Assembly (NCBI RefSeq): GCF_009909105.1
Contig: NZ_JAAAPK010000002.1
Coordinates: 541,827 to 605,826 of the forward strand
Source of the DNA: Corallococcus exiguus
GTDB taxonomy: Bacteria; Myxococcota; Myxococcia; Myxococcales; Myxococcaceae
DNA: 64,000 nucleotides
Direction: 5' to 3'
Shown here: positions 45,517 through 54,701 of the stretch, piece after piece
Position numbering within the stretch: position 1 is the first letter of the stretch
Layout of the letters: each line of letters opens with the position of its first letter
Position numbers and translations under genes: made by a program
Notes under the pieces: model-generated
What the model was told of the DNA's origin: nothing
Databases searched by the model: none
What the model saw: the letters and a program-made list of their open reading frames with translations, nothing else

Positions 45517-46179
45517 TCAGACGACGCGGTTGCGCAGCTCCTCGAAGAATCCCACCCACAGTTGCCACATCTCCTCGGCACCGCGGGTGATGGTGGCCAG
45601 CTCCTCGTCCGTGTACGCGAGCCCCATCGTGTGGCCGGCCGTCTCCACGTGGTCCGGCTCCTGCTTCACGTGGATGTCCACCCAGGGCAGGGACTTGAGG
45701 CCCGTGGTGCGGCGCACCAGCTTGCCCAGCTTGGCCACCATGGTGAGGTCCGCCACCTCCGTGCCGTAGAGGAAGCCCAGGCCGGTGAGGTGGCTGTCCG
45801 TGGAGCGCTGGTAACCGTCGATGAGCCGGCGCGTCGCGGGCGTCATGTCCGCCTCGGACACGCCCGCCTGGGTGAAGCCCGCGTCCGTCATCGTCTGGAT
45901 GAAGAAGCGCTCGTGGGCGCGCGCCGGGTCTCCCTCGCCCACCTCCTGGTTGAGGATGTGCGTCACTGCCGTCTTCATCTCCATCTGCGGGCAGACGGCG
46001 ATCAGCTTGCCCAGGAAGGTGGGGAAATAGTGCAGGGGGTGCCACCACTGACCCAGCACCAGCTCCGCCTGATCGCGGCTGAAGGCCTTCTCATCCACCA
46101 CTTCGAAGAACCGGTGCTTGATCAGCTGCTCACGGTGGGGATTCTTCGCCAGTGCCGCCTCGATGGTCTGGTTCCGCAT
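45517..46179 (-). CDS. Haem-oxygenase-like fold, iron-containing redox enzyme family protein (putative diiron oxidase/oxygenase)
   Basis: Helical fold with E/H ligand-like motifs (NQEVGEG...ARAHERF...YGTEVAD...DIHVKQEPDHVE). Confidence 0.6.
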   Translation of the reverse strand: MRNQTIEAALAKNPHREQLIKHRFFEVVDEKAFSRDQAELVLGQWWHPLHYFPTFLGKLIAVCPQMEMKTAVTHILNQEVGEGDPARAHERFFIQTMTDAGFTQAGVSEADMTPATRRLIDGYQRSTDSHLTGLGFLYGTEVADLTMVAKLGKLVRRTTGLKSLPWVDIHVKQEPDHVETAGHTMGLAYTDEELATITRGAEEMWQLWVGFFEELRNRVV

Positions 46180-46397
46180 TGCCGCCTCCAGGGTGGTCCA
46201 AAAGGGCTGGGTCGGCGTTTATCACAAAGCAGGACTGTGATTCTTGGAAATGTGGAAATACAAGTACAACGTGACTACGTGGTTTACCGCCAGTGTGGAA
46301 CGTACAGGCGGACAAGGGCGGGCTGTTCGGGGTGGGGAATGCAGCCTACAGTTGGAAAAGCGGCATTTTTTCCCCGGCCCACTTGTCTCGGAAGCCC
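46180..46397. promoter_or_regulatory. AT-rich divergent intergenic region with an inverted repeat (TCACA-N9-TGTGA) and a direct TGGAAAT repeat
   Basis: Local GC is far below the genome average. Palindromic and direct repeats lie between the divergently transcribed oxidase-like and desaturase-like genes. Confidence 0.5.
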
Positions 46398-47282
46398 ATG
46401 ACCCTGTTCCGGCACCCTGAAGATCGCATCCCGGTCCTGATGTTCCTTGGCGTGTTCGCGCTCGACGTGACGGTGTTCCTCACGGCTCAGAGTTGGTGGA
46501 TCCCGGTGCTGTGGTTCGGGCTGGGCATCATCCCCAAGGGATGGATCTGCTCGTGGAACCACCACCACCAGCACCTGTCCTTCTTCAAGCACGCGCTGCC
46601 CAACCGCCTGTTGGAGATCGTCTTCGGCTTCCAGACGGGCGTGACGTCGCAGGCGTGGTTCCTCCACCACGTGCTGGGCCACCACAAGAACTACCTGGAC
46701 CAGACGCAGGACGAGTCGCGCTGGAAGCGGGATGACGGCTCGACGATGGGGGAGGTGGAGTACTCGCTGAGCACGGCGCTGACCGCGTACTCGCGCGCGT
46801 TCCACGTGGGGAAGAAGCATCACCCCAAGGCGCTGCGCGTGTTCGTGTGGATGGCCGCGCTCCAGGTGGTGCTGCTGGCGGGCCTGTTCTGGGTGAACCC
46901 CTACAACGCGCTCTTCGTGTTCCTCTTGCCCATGATGGCGTCGCTCTACGTGACGACCTGGGCCACGTACTTCCACCACGTGGGCCTGGAGACGGCCAAC
47001 CACTCGGAGGCCTCGTACAACATCCTCCACAAGGGCTACAACCTGATGACGGGCAACCTGGGCTACCACACCGCGCATCACACGCGGCACGGTCTGCACT
47101 GGTCCAAGCTGCCGGAGCTGCACGCGCAGCTGGCGCAGGAGATCCCCGCGAACCTGTACCGCCAGCCGGGCATCCCGTTCGTCTGGAGCGGCTCTGAAGA
47201 GAAGCTCGTGCTGAGCGAGCACGAGGTCGCCGCGCTCTCCGGCAGGCCCGTGGAAGGCAGCGGGGAGAAGCTGGCCGCCTAG
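46398..47282 (+). CDS. Membrane fatty-acid desaturase/hydroxylase-family diiron enzyme
   Basis: His boxes WNHHHQH, HHVLGHH and HTAHHTRH, plus TM helices. The start is chosen at MTLFRHPED. Confidence 0.75.
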   Translation: MTLFRHPEDRIPVLMFLGVFALDVTVFLTAQSWWIPVLWFGLGIIPKGWICSWNHHHQHLSFFKHALPNRLLEIVFGFQTGVTSQAWFLHHVLGHHKNYLDQTQDESRWKRDDGSTMGEVEYSLSTALTAYSRAFHVGKKHHPKALRVFVWMAALQVVLLAGLFWVNPYNALFVFLLPMMASLYVTTWATYFHHVGLETANHSEASYNILHKGYNLMTGNLGYHTAHHTRHGLHWSKLPELHAQLAQEIPANLYRQPGIPFVWSGSEEKLVLSEHEVAALSGRPVEGSGEKLAA

Positions 47283-47350
47283 CGGTCCCGCTGTCCCCGC
47301 TGGATGCTCCCGCCGGAAGTGCTCCTTCCGGCGGAGGGTGCCGCGGTCAG

Positions 47351-48784
47351 CTACTTCGGCTGCTGCTGCGGCTCCGTCGTGCGGTTCGCCGCGATGTTGA
47401 TGACGTTGAGGAGCAGGTCCTTCACGCGGCGGGGCTTGTTGCCGCCGTTGTCCTCGATGATCTTGTCGATGTCGTCATCCTGCCGGTGGTACTCCGGGAT
47501 GAGGTCGCCGCCGCCCTCGGGGTTGGACAGGCCCTCGAAGAGGAAGAGCACGTCCTCGCCCTTGCGCCCGAAGGACGCGCCGTCCTGCCGGTCGCGGTAG
47601 ACGTTGATGTCGCGGTTGATGCGGTCGAACGGATCCGCCAGCTGCTGGTTCGCCTGGTCCACCACGTCACGGAAGTAGTTGGGCTGGCCCTTGGTGTTGG
47701 TGTCCACCACGGACAGGCGCTGATCATCCCAACGGCCCACCATGTCCGTGTTGATGACGCCGGCGATGTTCTTCAGCTCCAGGCCGGGGATGGGGTGGTC
47801 CACGAAGTACTGCGAGCCCACCAGGCCCTTCTCCTCCGCGCCCGTCCAGATGAAGAGCACGGAGCGGTCCAGCTTGCCGTTCTTCGCGGCCTCCGCCAGC
47901 TCCGGCACCGCCGCCATCAGCACCGCGCTGCCGGACGCGTTGTCGTCCGCGCCGTTGTACGGGTTGCCCTTGCGGTCCACGCCCACGTGGTCCAGGTGGG
48001 CCATCACCACGATGACCTCGTCCTTGTGGGGGCCGGTGCCGGGCAGCATGGCCATGGTGTTCACCGCCTGGCCCGTGGCGGCGGCCACCTGCTTGAGCTC
48101 CTCCACGCTGCGCTGCTTGCCCGCGCGCGCCGGCACCACCGACTGGCCCGCCGCCTTCATCGTCTGCTCGTACTGCTGGTTGAGCTTCTTCAGCGTGTCC
48201 TTGGGCATCTTCTCGTCCAGGTAGAAGCCCTCCTGGAACATCGTGTGGCCGAACTGCTTGTGCTCGGCATGCCCTGCGTGCGCCGCGCCCGCCGCCTCGC
48301 CCGCCTTGTCCGCGCCCAGCCACGAGTAGACGTTGAACTTCTGCTGGAAGGGGTTCTCCGGGTTGTTGATGTTGGGCCCCACGAGCCCGTACTTCTCCGC
48401 GTGGGCCTGCACGTAGACGGAAGCGGCATCCAGGCCCGCGGAGGGGCTGTCACGTCCCTGCAGCGCGTCCGAGGCCAGGTACTCGATGTGCGTCATCGGA
48501 TCCGAGTCGACCGAAACGGGCGGCTCGGTGGGCGCCTCCGGAGGCACCGGCGTCGTCGGAGCGGGCGTCGGGGTGGTGGGCGCGGGCAGCCCCAGGATCG
48601 GAGGCGGCGCGGGCAGCCGCGGCAGCTGGCCGGGCGCGGGGCGCGTGCTGCCGGAGGACTCGAAGCCGTCCTTGAACGCGAGAGGGCGGTTCCGGGACTT
48701 CGCATCCGTCGTCCGGGCGTCCTGCGAGGACAGCCGCGAGACGGAGGTGAGGGGACGCGAGCTGTCGTTGATCTTCGAGGCCAT
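47351..48784 (-). CDS. M28-family zinc aminopeptidase with a Pro-rich N-terminal region
   Basis: M28 motifs (MAHLDHVG, DDNASGSAVLM, TGAEEKGLVGS). No classical signal peptide. Confidence 0.8.
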   Translation of the reverse strand: MASKINDSSRPLTSVSRLSSQDARTTDAKSRNRPLAFKDGFESSGSTRPAPGQLPRLPAPPPILGLPAPTTPTPAPTTPVPPEAPTEPPVSVDSDPMTHIEYLASDALQGRDSPSAGLDAASVYVQAHAEKYGLVGPNINNPENPFQQKFNVYSWLGADKAGEAAGAAHAGHAEHKQFGHTMFQEGFYLDEKMPKDTLKKLNQQYEQTMKAAGQSVVPARAGKQRSVEELKQVAAATGQAVNTMAMLPGTGPHKDEVIVVMAHLDHVGVDRKGNPYNGADDNASGSAVLMAAVPELAEAAKNGKLDRSVLFIWTGAEEKGLVGSQYFVDHPIPGLELKNIAGVINTDMVGRWDDQRLSVVDTNTKGQPNYFRDVVDQANQQLADPFDRINRDINVYRDRQDGASFGRKGEDVLFLFEGLSNPEGGGDLIPEYHRQDDDIDKIIEDNGGNKPRRVKDLLLNVINIAANRTTEPQQQPK

Positions 48785-49101
48785 GGTGGGGAGTCCGGGG
48801 GAGGAACCGCGCTCCCCAGATTATCCGCCGAACCCCCTGGGGAGTTGTGCGCCACGGCAAAGTTCCGTCCGCGTCCGGCTCATCCCTTGAATCCCCGTTT
48901 CAGGATCCCGCCCGCGAGTAAGGGGTCCTGACGCTCCGGGTGAGACCGGACCTGCTACAAATCGCGTGTTTCATGTGACATCCGCCGCTACTCCGTTTTC
49001 TCAATCAATGAATGACACGAGTGAAACAGACGGGCTCCAGGTGTTGGCGCGAGGGGTGCAGTGGGGCAGCGGGCAGTACACCCCACACCATGAGGTAACG
49101 G

Positions 49102-49917
49102 ATGCATCTGAAGATCACGGGTTCCCTGCTGGCTTCCATGCTGCTGAGCATCACGGGTTGCGCGGGCGGTGCCGATGACGGCCAGGCCTCCGGTTCCCTG
49201 AACGCGCAGGAAGCCGCGGCGTCCCAGTGCGTGAAGAAGTTCGAAGGCATCACCAGCTGCGCGCTGGGCCGCGCGAAGGTGGATGCCGTCGCTGACGGGC
49301 TGGCGGTGTCCAACCTCACGACCCAGAAGGACGGCGTCTCCAGCAGCTTCACGCAGGCCGTGAAGTGGGAGCAGCGCGTGGCGACGCGTCTGGGGGCGCA
49401 GGGTGGCTACCAGCTGTCCGCGCGCGATGGCGATCAGGTCGTCAGCACGCTGAAGGTGACGCCGGGCCGCGAGGCGAACACGGTCAACATCCTGCCCACG
49501 TTCACGGGCTCGCCGGGCGGCTCCGCGTACCGGATGAACATCTACCGGGGCGGCGTGCTCCAGGGCTCCAGCCCCCAGCCGGCCGGGCTGATGATCACCT
49601 TCACCAACTGGCGGGACTTCCTCCGCTGGGCGGAGATGAACCACCACTTCCTGAACGACTTCGACATCGACGGGCTGTCCACCGGCTCCGCGGAGACGAA
49701 CGTGGGCGCGTGCGTGTGGCGCCTGGACTCGGAGAAGAACACCTTCACCGTGGACATCAACGGCAAGTCCGTCACCGGTGACTCGGTGGAGTTCATCGAG
49801 ACCGTCGCGGATGGCGCGTACCCGTACCGTCACTTCACGGGCATCGACACGAACGCCATCGCTGGCGAGTACACCATCCGCTCCGAGTCCATCACCCAGC
49901 CCACGGGCCTGAAGTAG
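49102..49917 (+). CDS. Lipoprotein, function unknown
   Basis: Lipobox (LLSITGC). Confidence 0.55.
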   Translation: MHLKITGSLLASMLLSITGCAGGADDGQASGSLNAQEAAASQCVKKFEGITSCALGRAKVDAVADGLAVSNLTTQKDGVSSSFTQAVKWEQRVATRLGAQGGYQLSARDGDQVVSTLKVTPGREANTVNILPTFTGSPGGSAYRMNIYRGGVLQGSSPQPAGLMITFTNWRDFLRWAEMNHHFLNDFDIDGLSTGSAETNVGACVWRLDSEKNTFTVDINGKSVTGDSVEFIETVADGAYPYRHFTGIDTNAIAGEYTIRSESITQPTGLK

Positions 49918-49972
49918 CGCGAACCCGCGGTCCCAGCGCCGGACGGGAACACGGCCCCGTCCGGCGTACCGC

Positions 49973-52424
49973 CTAGCGTCTTCCGGAGACGGAGGACGTG
50001 GGCGTCGCCATGTTCCGGCCGCTGCCTCCCACGCCCGACGCAGGGCTCATCGTGGGCGTGCGCCCGGCCTCCAGCGGGGCCTTGCGGGCCGGCGCGAAGG
50101 AGGCGGGGACTTCGTTGGCGTAGAGCAGCTTGTAGGCGCTGTAGCTGCTGAGCACGCGCTTCACGTAGTCGCGGGTCTCGTCGAAGGCGATGTGCTCCAC
50201 CCACTCGTCCAGCTCCGCCTGGGGCAGGGCCTTGCGCCAGCGCTCCACCGCATTGGGGCCCGCGTTGTAGGCGGCCACCGCGTAGGCGGGGTTGCCGTCG
50301 AAGTGCTTGAGCAGCGAGCCCAGGTACGCCGCCCCCAGCCGGATGTTCGGCGCGGGCTGGAGCAGCGACGACATCTCGAACGACGTCAGCTTGAGCGAGT
50401 CCGCCACCGCCTGCGCCGTCGTGGGCATGAGCTGCGCGAGCCCCAGTGCGCCGGTGGACGAACGCGCGCGCGGGTTGAACCGGCTCTCCTCGCGGATGAG
50501 GCCCTGTAGGAGGTCGGGGTCCACGCGAGCGGCCTTCGAATAGCTCTGGATGAGCGGCCGGAACGCGAGCGGCCATGTCGCCTCCCACACCGGACGGGAC
50601 GCGGCGCTGAGCGGCCCGGCGGCCTCCTGGCGCAGCGTCACGCGAGCCACCTGCCGCGTGGCCCGGCCCCGGCCGGTGCGGCGCATGGTCTGGTAGAGCA
50701 GCCGCGCGGGCGCTTCCGCCAGGCCGCGCGTGTCCACCGCGAGCAGCTCCTCCACCACGCCCGGCTGTCCCAGGCGCAAGAGCTCCACGCCCGCCGCGAA
50801 GCGCGCATCCTTCTGGAGCGGGCCCGGGGGCAGGGGCCAGACCTCGTCGTTGGCCGGCGCGGCGGTGTTCAAGGTCTTCGCCACGGCCGGTTGCGCGGCG
50901 GTTTCCGTCAACCGCGCCAGCCGCTCCGGTGCGTGCTGCGCCAGCCGCGTGCGGGACAGCAGCCCGTACCAGGCCGTGGGCCGCTCGGTGGCGATGAGCT
51001 CGTAGCGCGCGAGCGCCGGGTCCAGCGCGCCAGAGTTCTCCTGGACTCGCGCCTGCCAGTAGCGCGCGCGCCAGAGGGCGTCGTCGGTGCGCGCGGCCTC
51101 CGGCAGCTGCTCCACCGACATCAGGGACGCCAGGCCCTGCTGCGTCTCGCCCTTGCGCTGGTGCAGCCAGAAGGCGCGGAAGAGGGCCTCGGCGGCGAAG
51201 TTGCCGGCGGGGTAGCGCTTCGCGAGCGCCTCGTAGTTCTCCAGCGCCTCGTCCGCGCGGCCCAGGCGCTGCTGCGTCCAGGCCTCGAAGAACAGCGCGT
51301 CGTCCGCGTAGCCGTGCTCCGGGTAGTCCCGCGCCAGCGTGGCGTACGTGTCCACCGCCGCTTCGGGCTGCACCACGGACTGCGAATAGGCGAGCAGGTA
51401 GAGCGCCTGCGGCCGCTGCTCCGGCGACTGGCACTCGCGCGCCACCGGCTCCAGCACCTGGATGGCGCGGCGGTGCTGACGCTCCTTGCGCAGGGCGCGG
51501 CCCAGGGTGAGCTGGGCGCGGCAGGCCAGCTCGTCCGGGAGCTCCGTGCGAGGCCCCGAGCGGGCCAGCATGTTCATGGCCGGGACGTTCTGGTGCAGCT
51601 CCACCAGCGCCTCCGCGCGGCGCACGCGCCACTTCATGGGCAGGGGCAGGTCGCGCAGCAGGGCCTTCGCGCGATCCGCCTCCGGCGACAGGGGCGCGGT
51701 GGCCCAGACCTCCAGCAGCGCGCGGTGCTCGGCGTTGTACTGCCCCGCCGCGCGTGCCAGGTCGCAGTACGCGAGCAGCGCCTTCATCCGCAGCGCGTCC
51801 GGCCCGCGAGCCTGCCGGCTGTCGATGAACTCCTGGAGCGCGGCCAGCGCCTCGGGGATCTTCAGCTGGCGCTTGAGCACGCGCGCCATGGTGAAGCGGG
51901 CCTCCGGGTAGAGCGGGGAGCCCGGGCTCACCAGGCCATACTGCTCCGCCGCGCGCAGCGGCTTGCGCAGCCGTTCATGCGACTGCGCGGCCTTCATCAG
52001 GCAGTGGTCGCGCAGCGGGACGTAGTCCTCCGCGAGCGCGGTGAACTCCGCGGCGGCGGTGGCGAAGTCCCGTGCGAGGAACGCGCTCTGCGCCTGGAGG
52101 AAGCGGCCGGGGAGGGAAGGGGGAGACTCCGTCGCGAGCAGCGCCCGCGCGGACTTGTACCGGCCGCGGTCGAACTCCGCCTTCGCCTTCGCCAGCAGGC
52201 CTTCCGCGAAGTAGGTCGAAAGCCGCTCCGGCCCGAAGGCCTCCGCCGTCACCTCGTCCTGCGAGGGCTGCGCCGTCGGCGTGTCGAGCAGGGCCTCCAG
52301 CTTCTCCTCCGACATCACGTCGCCGGAGTCGTCCTCGTCGGGCGCCTGTGCCCACGCGGTGCCCGGGGCCCACAGGCCCGCGCACGCAAGCAAGACCGCT
52401 GCTGTTCCTCGAAGTCCGTCCATG
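49973..52424 (-). CDS. Soluble lytic murein transglycosylase (Slt70-like)
   Basis: Superhelical N-terminal domain plus an SLT catalytic domain (GLAQLMPTTA, AAYNAGPNAV). The start is chosen at the signal peptide MDGLRGTAAVLLACAG. Confidence 0.85.
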
Positions 52425-52632
52425 CCAGCCCTCGTTCGTCCGCCAGGGACTCGGATGGATTGGCACTGCGCGTACGCTTGGAACCTGCCCGCCTGTCCCC
52501 TTGTCAGGCGCACGTTGGCTTTCGTGCATCCGCCCCCAGGCACACATCTGGAGCCCTGCACGAAAGCCAACGGCCCATCGACCCTGCGTCTGGCGTCTGG
52601 GGTGCTACATACCCAGGGGCGCCTGGCTGCTG

Positions 52633-53322
52633 TCAGGGCGCGGCGCTCTGCACCGAGAGGTCGCCCGGCATGCGGGGCGCCACCTCGTAGGTCGTCTCAT
52701 ACTGCGCGGCCAGCCCCACCACGGCGATGCGCTGTCCCACGGTGAGGGCCTGGAGCGAAGCCTTGTCGAAGCCGGCGGAGACGTGGACGAACACCTGCAC
52801 CTCGCCGGTGCCGTCGTCGATGTAGAGCTTGTAGCCGTAGGGCGAGTCGTCCTGGAACGCCTGGGTGATGGCACCGCTCGCGCGGATGAGCTGGCCCTCC
52901 ACGGACTCGTTCACGCCGCCGGTGGTCACTTCCTTGGGCGACACCTGCTCCGTGCCCGACTTCAGGTCCACGTCCTCGGGCACGCTCTTGAGGATGCGCA
53001 GCATGTTCTGCTCGTCCAGCGTGCCGGAGACGCGCACGCGGGCCCCCAGCCCGAAGGACAGCTTCTCCTCCAGCTTGACGTAGATGCCGCCGGTGTCGTC
53101 CTGGATGGCGAAGCCCTCATCGCCCAGGGCGGAGGAGAACGTGCCGGGCGCCACGGTCACCGCGCCCTCCACCACCACCTCCGAACCGTTGGAGCGCGAG
53201 CGCGCGTCCTCGATGGAGAGCACCGGATGACACCCGGCGAGCGCGAGCACGAACGCGCCCAGCAGCGTCACGGCGCTCCGGCGCGAGAGGGAAGGGGAGG
53301 AAGGGAAGGAGGTCGAGTTCAT
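52633..53322 (-). CDS. Lipoprotein with an OB-fold-like domain, function unknown
   Basis: Lipobox (LALAGC). Confidence 0.55.
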   Translation of the reverse strand: MNSTSFPSSPSLSRRSAVTLLGAFVLALAGCHPVLSIEDARSRSNGSEVVVEGAVTVAPGTFSSALGDEGFAIQDDTGGIYVKLEEKLSFGLGARVRVSGTLDEQNMLRILKSVPEDVDLKSGTEQVSPKEVTTGGVNESVEGQLIRASGAITQAFQDDSPYGYKLYIDDGTGEVQVFVHVSAGFDKASLQALTVGQRIAVVGLAAQYETTYEVAPRMPGDLSVQSAAP

Positions 53323-53540
53323 GGCCGCCTTCTATCACCCGGTGGCCACGGATGGCCTGTATTTCTGATTGTTCCGGAATTTGCCCGAGAGGGGACTGGC
53401 GTCTGGCTTTGTGTCACGCAGCCGCCCGCCGGAGTGTAGACAGGTGATACATGAGGAAAACCGATGTGAAGCATTGGCTCCTCTTGCGGTCGGCGGGCCT
53501 GTAGCTTTACCGTGCGCCTGCTGCCCTCCCCCGGACATCC

Positions 53541-54467
53541 ATGGCCACTCCGAGTCTCCCGTCGTCGAGTGTCGCGCTTGAATCAAGACCCCCTCTGGCC
53601 CGCGTCTGGTGGCTCGCGCTGCGGCCCAAGACGCTGACCGCCTCCGTCGCCCCCACGCTGCTGGGCTGGGCGTTCGCGAACGCGGAGGGCCACTGGCGGC
53701 TCGCGCCGGCGCTGACGTTCCTGGTGGGCTTCGTGCTCATGCAGATCGTCAGCAACCTGGTGAACGACTACGCGGACTTCGAACGGGGCGCGGACACCGA
53801 GGCGCGCCTGGGGCCCGCGCGCGTCACGCAGAAGGGCTGGCTCACGGCGCGCGAGGTGGCGACGGCCGCAGCGCTGGCGTTCACCGGATCCTCGCTCGCG
53901 CTGCTGCTGCTGACCCAGGCGGAGGGCTGGCCGGTGTTCGCGGGCGGCGCCTTCTGCCTGGCGGGCGCGGTCTTCTACTCCGCGGGCCCCGTGCCCCTGG
54001 GGTACCTGGGCCTGGGGGACGTGCTGGTGCTGATCATCTTCGGGCTGCTGGGGGTGAGCGGCAGCTATGTGGTGCTCACGCACCACGTCACACCGGCCGT
54101 GCTGGTGGCGGGGCTGTCCATGGGGCTCTTCTCCGCGGGCATCCTCGCGGTGAACAACCTGCGCGACCGCAAGACGGACGTGATCGCCGGCAAGCGCACG
54201 CTGGTGGTGCGCTTCGGCCAGCGCTTCGGGCAGTGGGAATACACGCTGGCGGTAGGGGGCGCGTTCGTGCTCCCAGTGATTGCCTGGGCGGTGCTGCCGG
54301 AGCACCGCTGGGCCTGGCTCCTCACCCTGGTCGCCTTGCCGCTCGCGGTGCGGCAGATCCGCGCCATCTGGCGCGAGGACGGCAGCGCGCTCAACCCACA
54401 CCTGGGGAAGACTGCCGCGCTCGGGCTGGTGTTCGCGCTGCTCCTGTCCGCGGGCCTGAGCCTCTGA
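53541..54467 (+). CDS. menA: 1,4-dihydroxy-2-naphthoate octaprenyltransferase (UbiA superfamily)
   Basis: UbiA motifs (NDYADFERGAD; NNLRDRKTD). Confidence 0.85.
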   Translation: MATPSLPSSSVALESRPPLARVWWLALRPKTLTASVAPTLLGWAFANAEGHWRLAPALTFLVGFVLMQIVSNLVNDYADFERGADTEARLGPARVTQKGWLTAREVATAAALAFTGSSLALLLLTQAEGWPVFAGGAFCLAGAVFYSAGPVPLGYLGLGDVLVLIIFGLLGVSGSYVVLTHHVTPAVLVAGLSMGLFSAGILAVNNLRDRKTDVIAGKRTLVVRFGQRFGQWEYTLAVGGAFVLPVIAWAVLPEHRWAWLLTLVALPLAVRQIRAIWREDGSALNPHLGKTAALGLVFALLLSAGLSL

Positions 54468-54701
54468 TCCGGCGCGCGGGCGCGTGCTTCCCTCTGTGCG
54501 ATCTGAAGTCCACGAATTGCGCGGACTCTCATAATGTGGTCAGTTTGAACCGATGAGGTGTTCTCCTCCCAACCCTTACCAGGCCTCACCATCTCCGCGT
54601 CGCGGAGCGCTGGCGGCGTCGGGAAGGGTGGGTCGCGTGGGCCCGCGCGTGAGGACACCTGCTCCTTTTCCTCCCCCCGACTCCCTCCGGCCTCGTCTTC
54701 C

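Noticed and set aside
45517-46179. Calling the haem-oxygenase-like protein a bona fide haem oxygenase (iron acquisition)
   Set aside because: Its motif pattern (alternating Glu/His) fits the diiron HDO / 'iron-containing redox enzyme' families better than HemO/HO-1, and it is paired with a desaturase-like gene. Function is left open.
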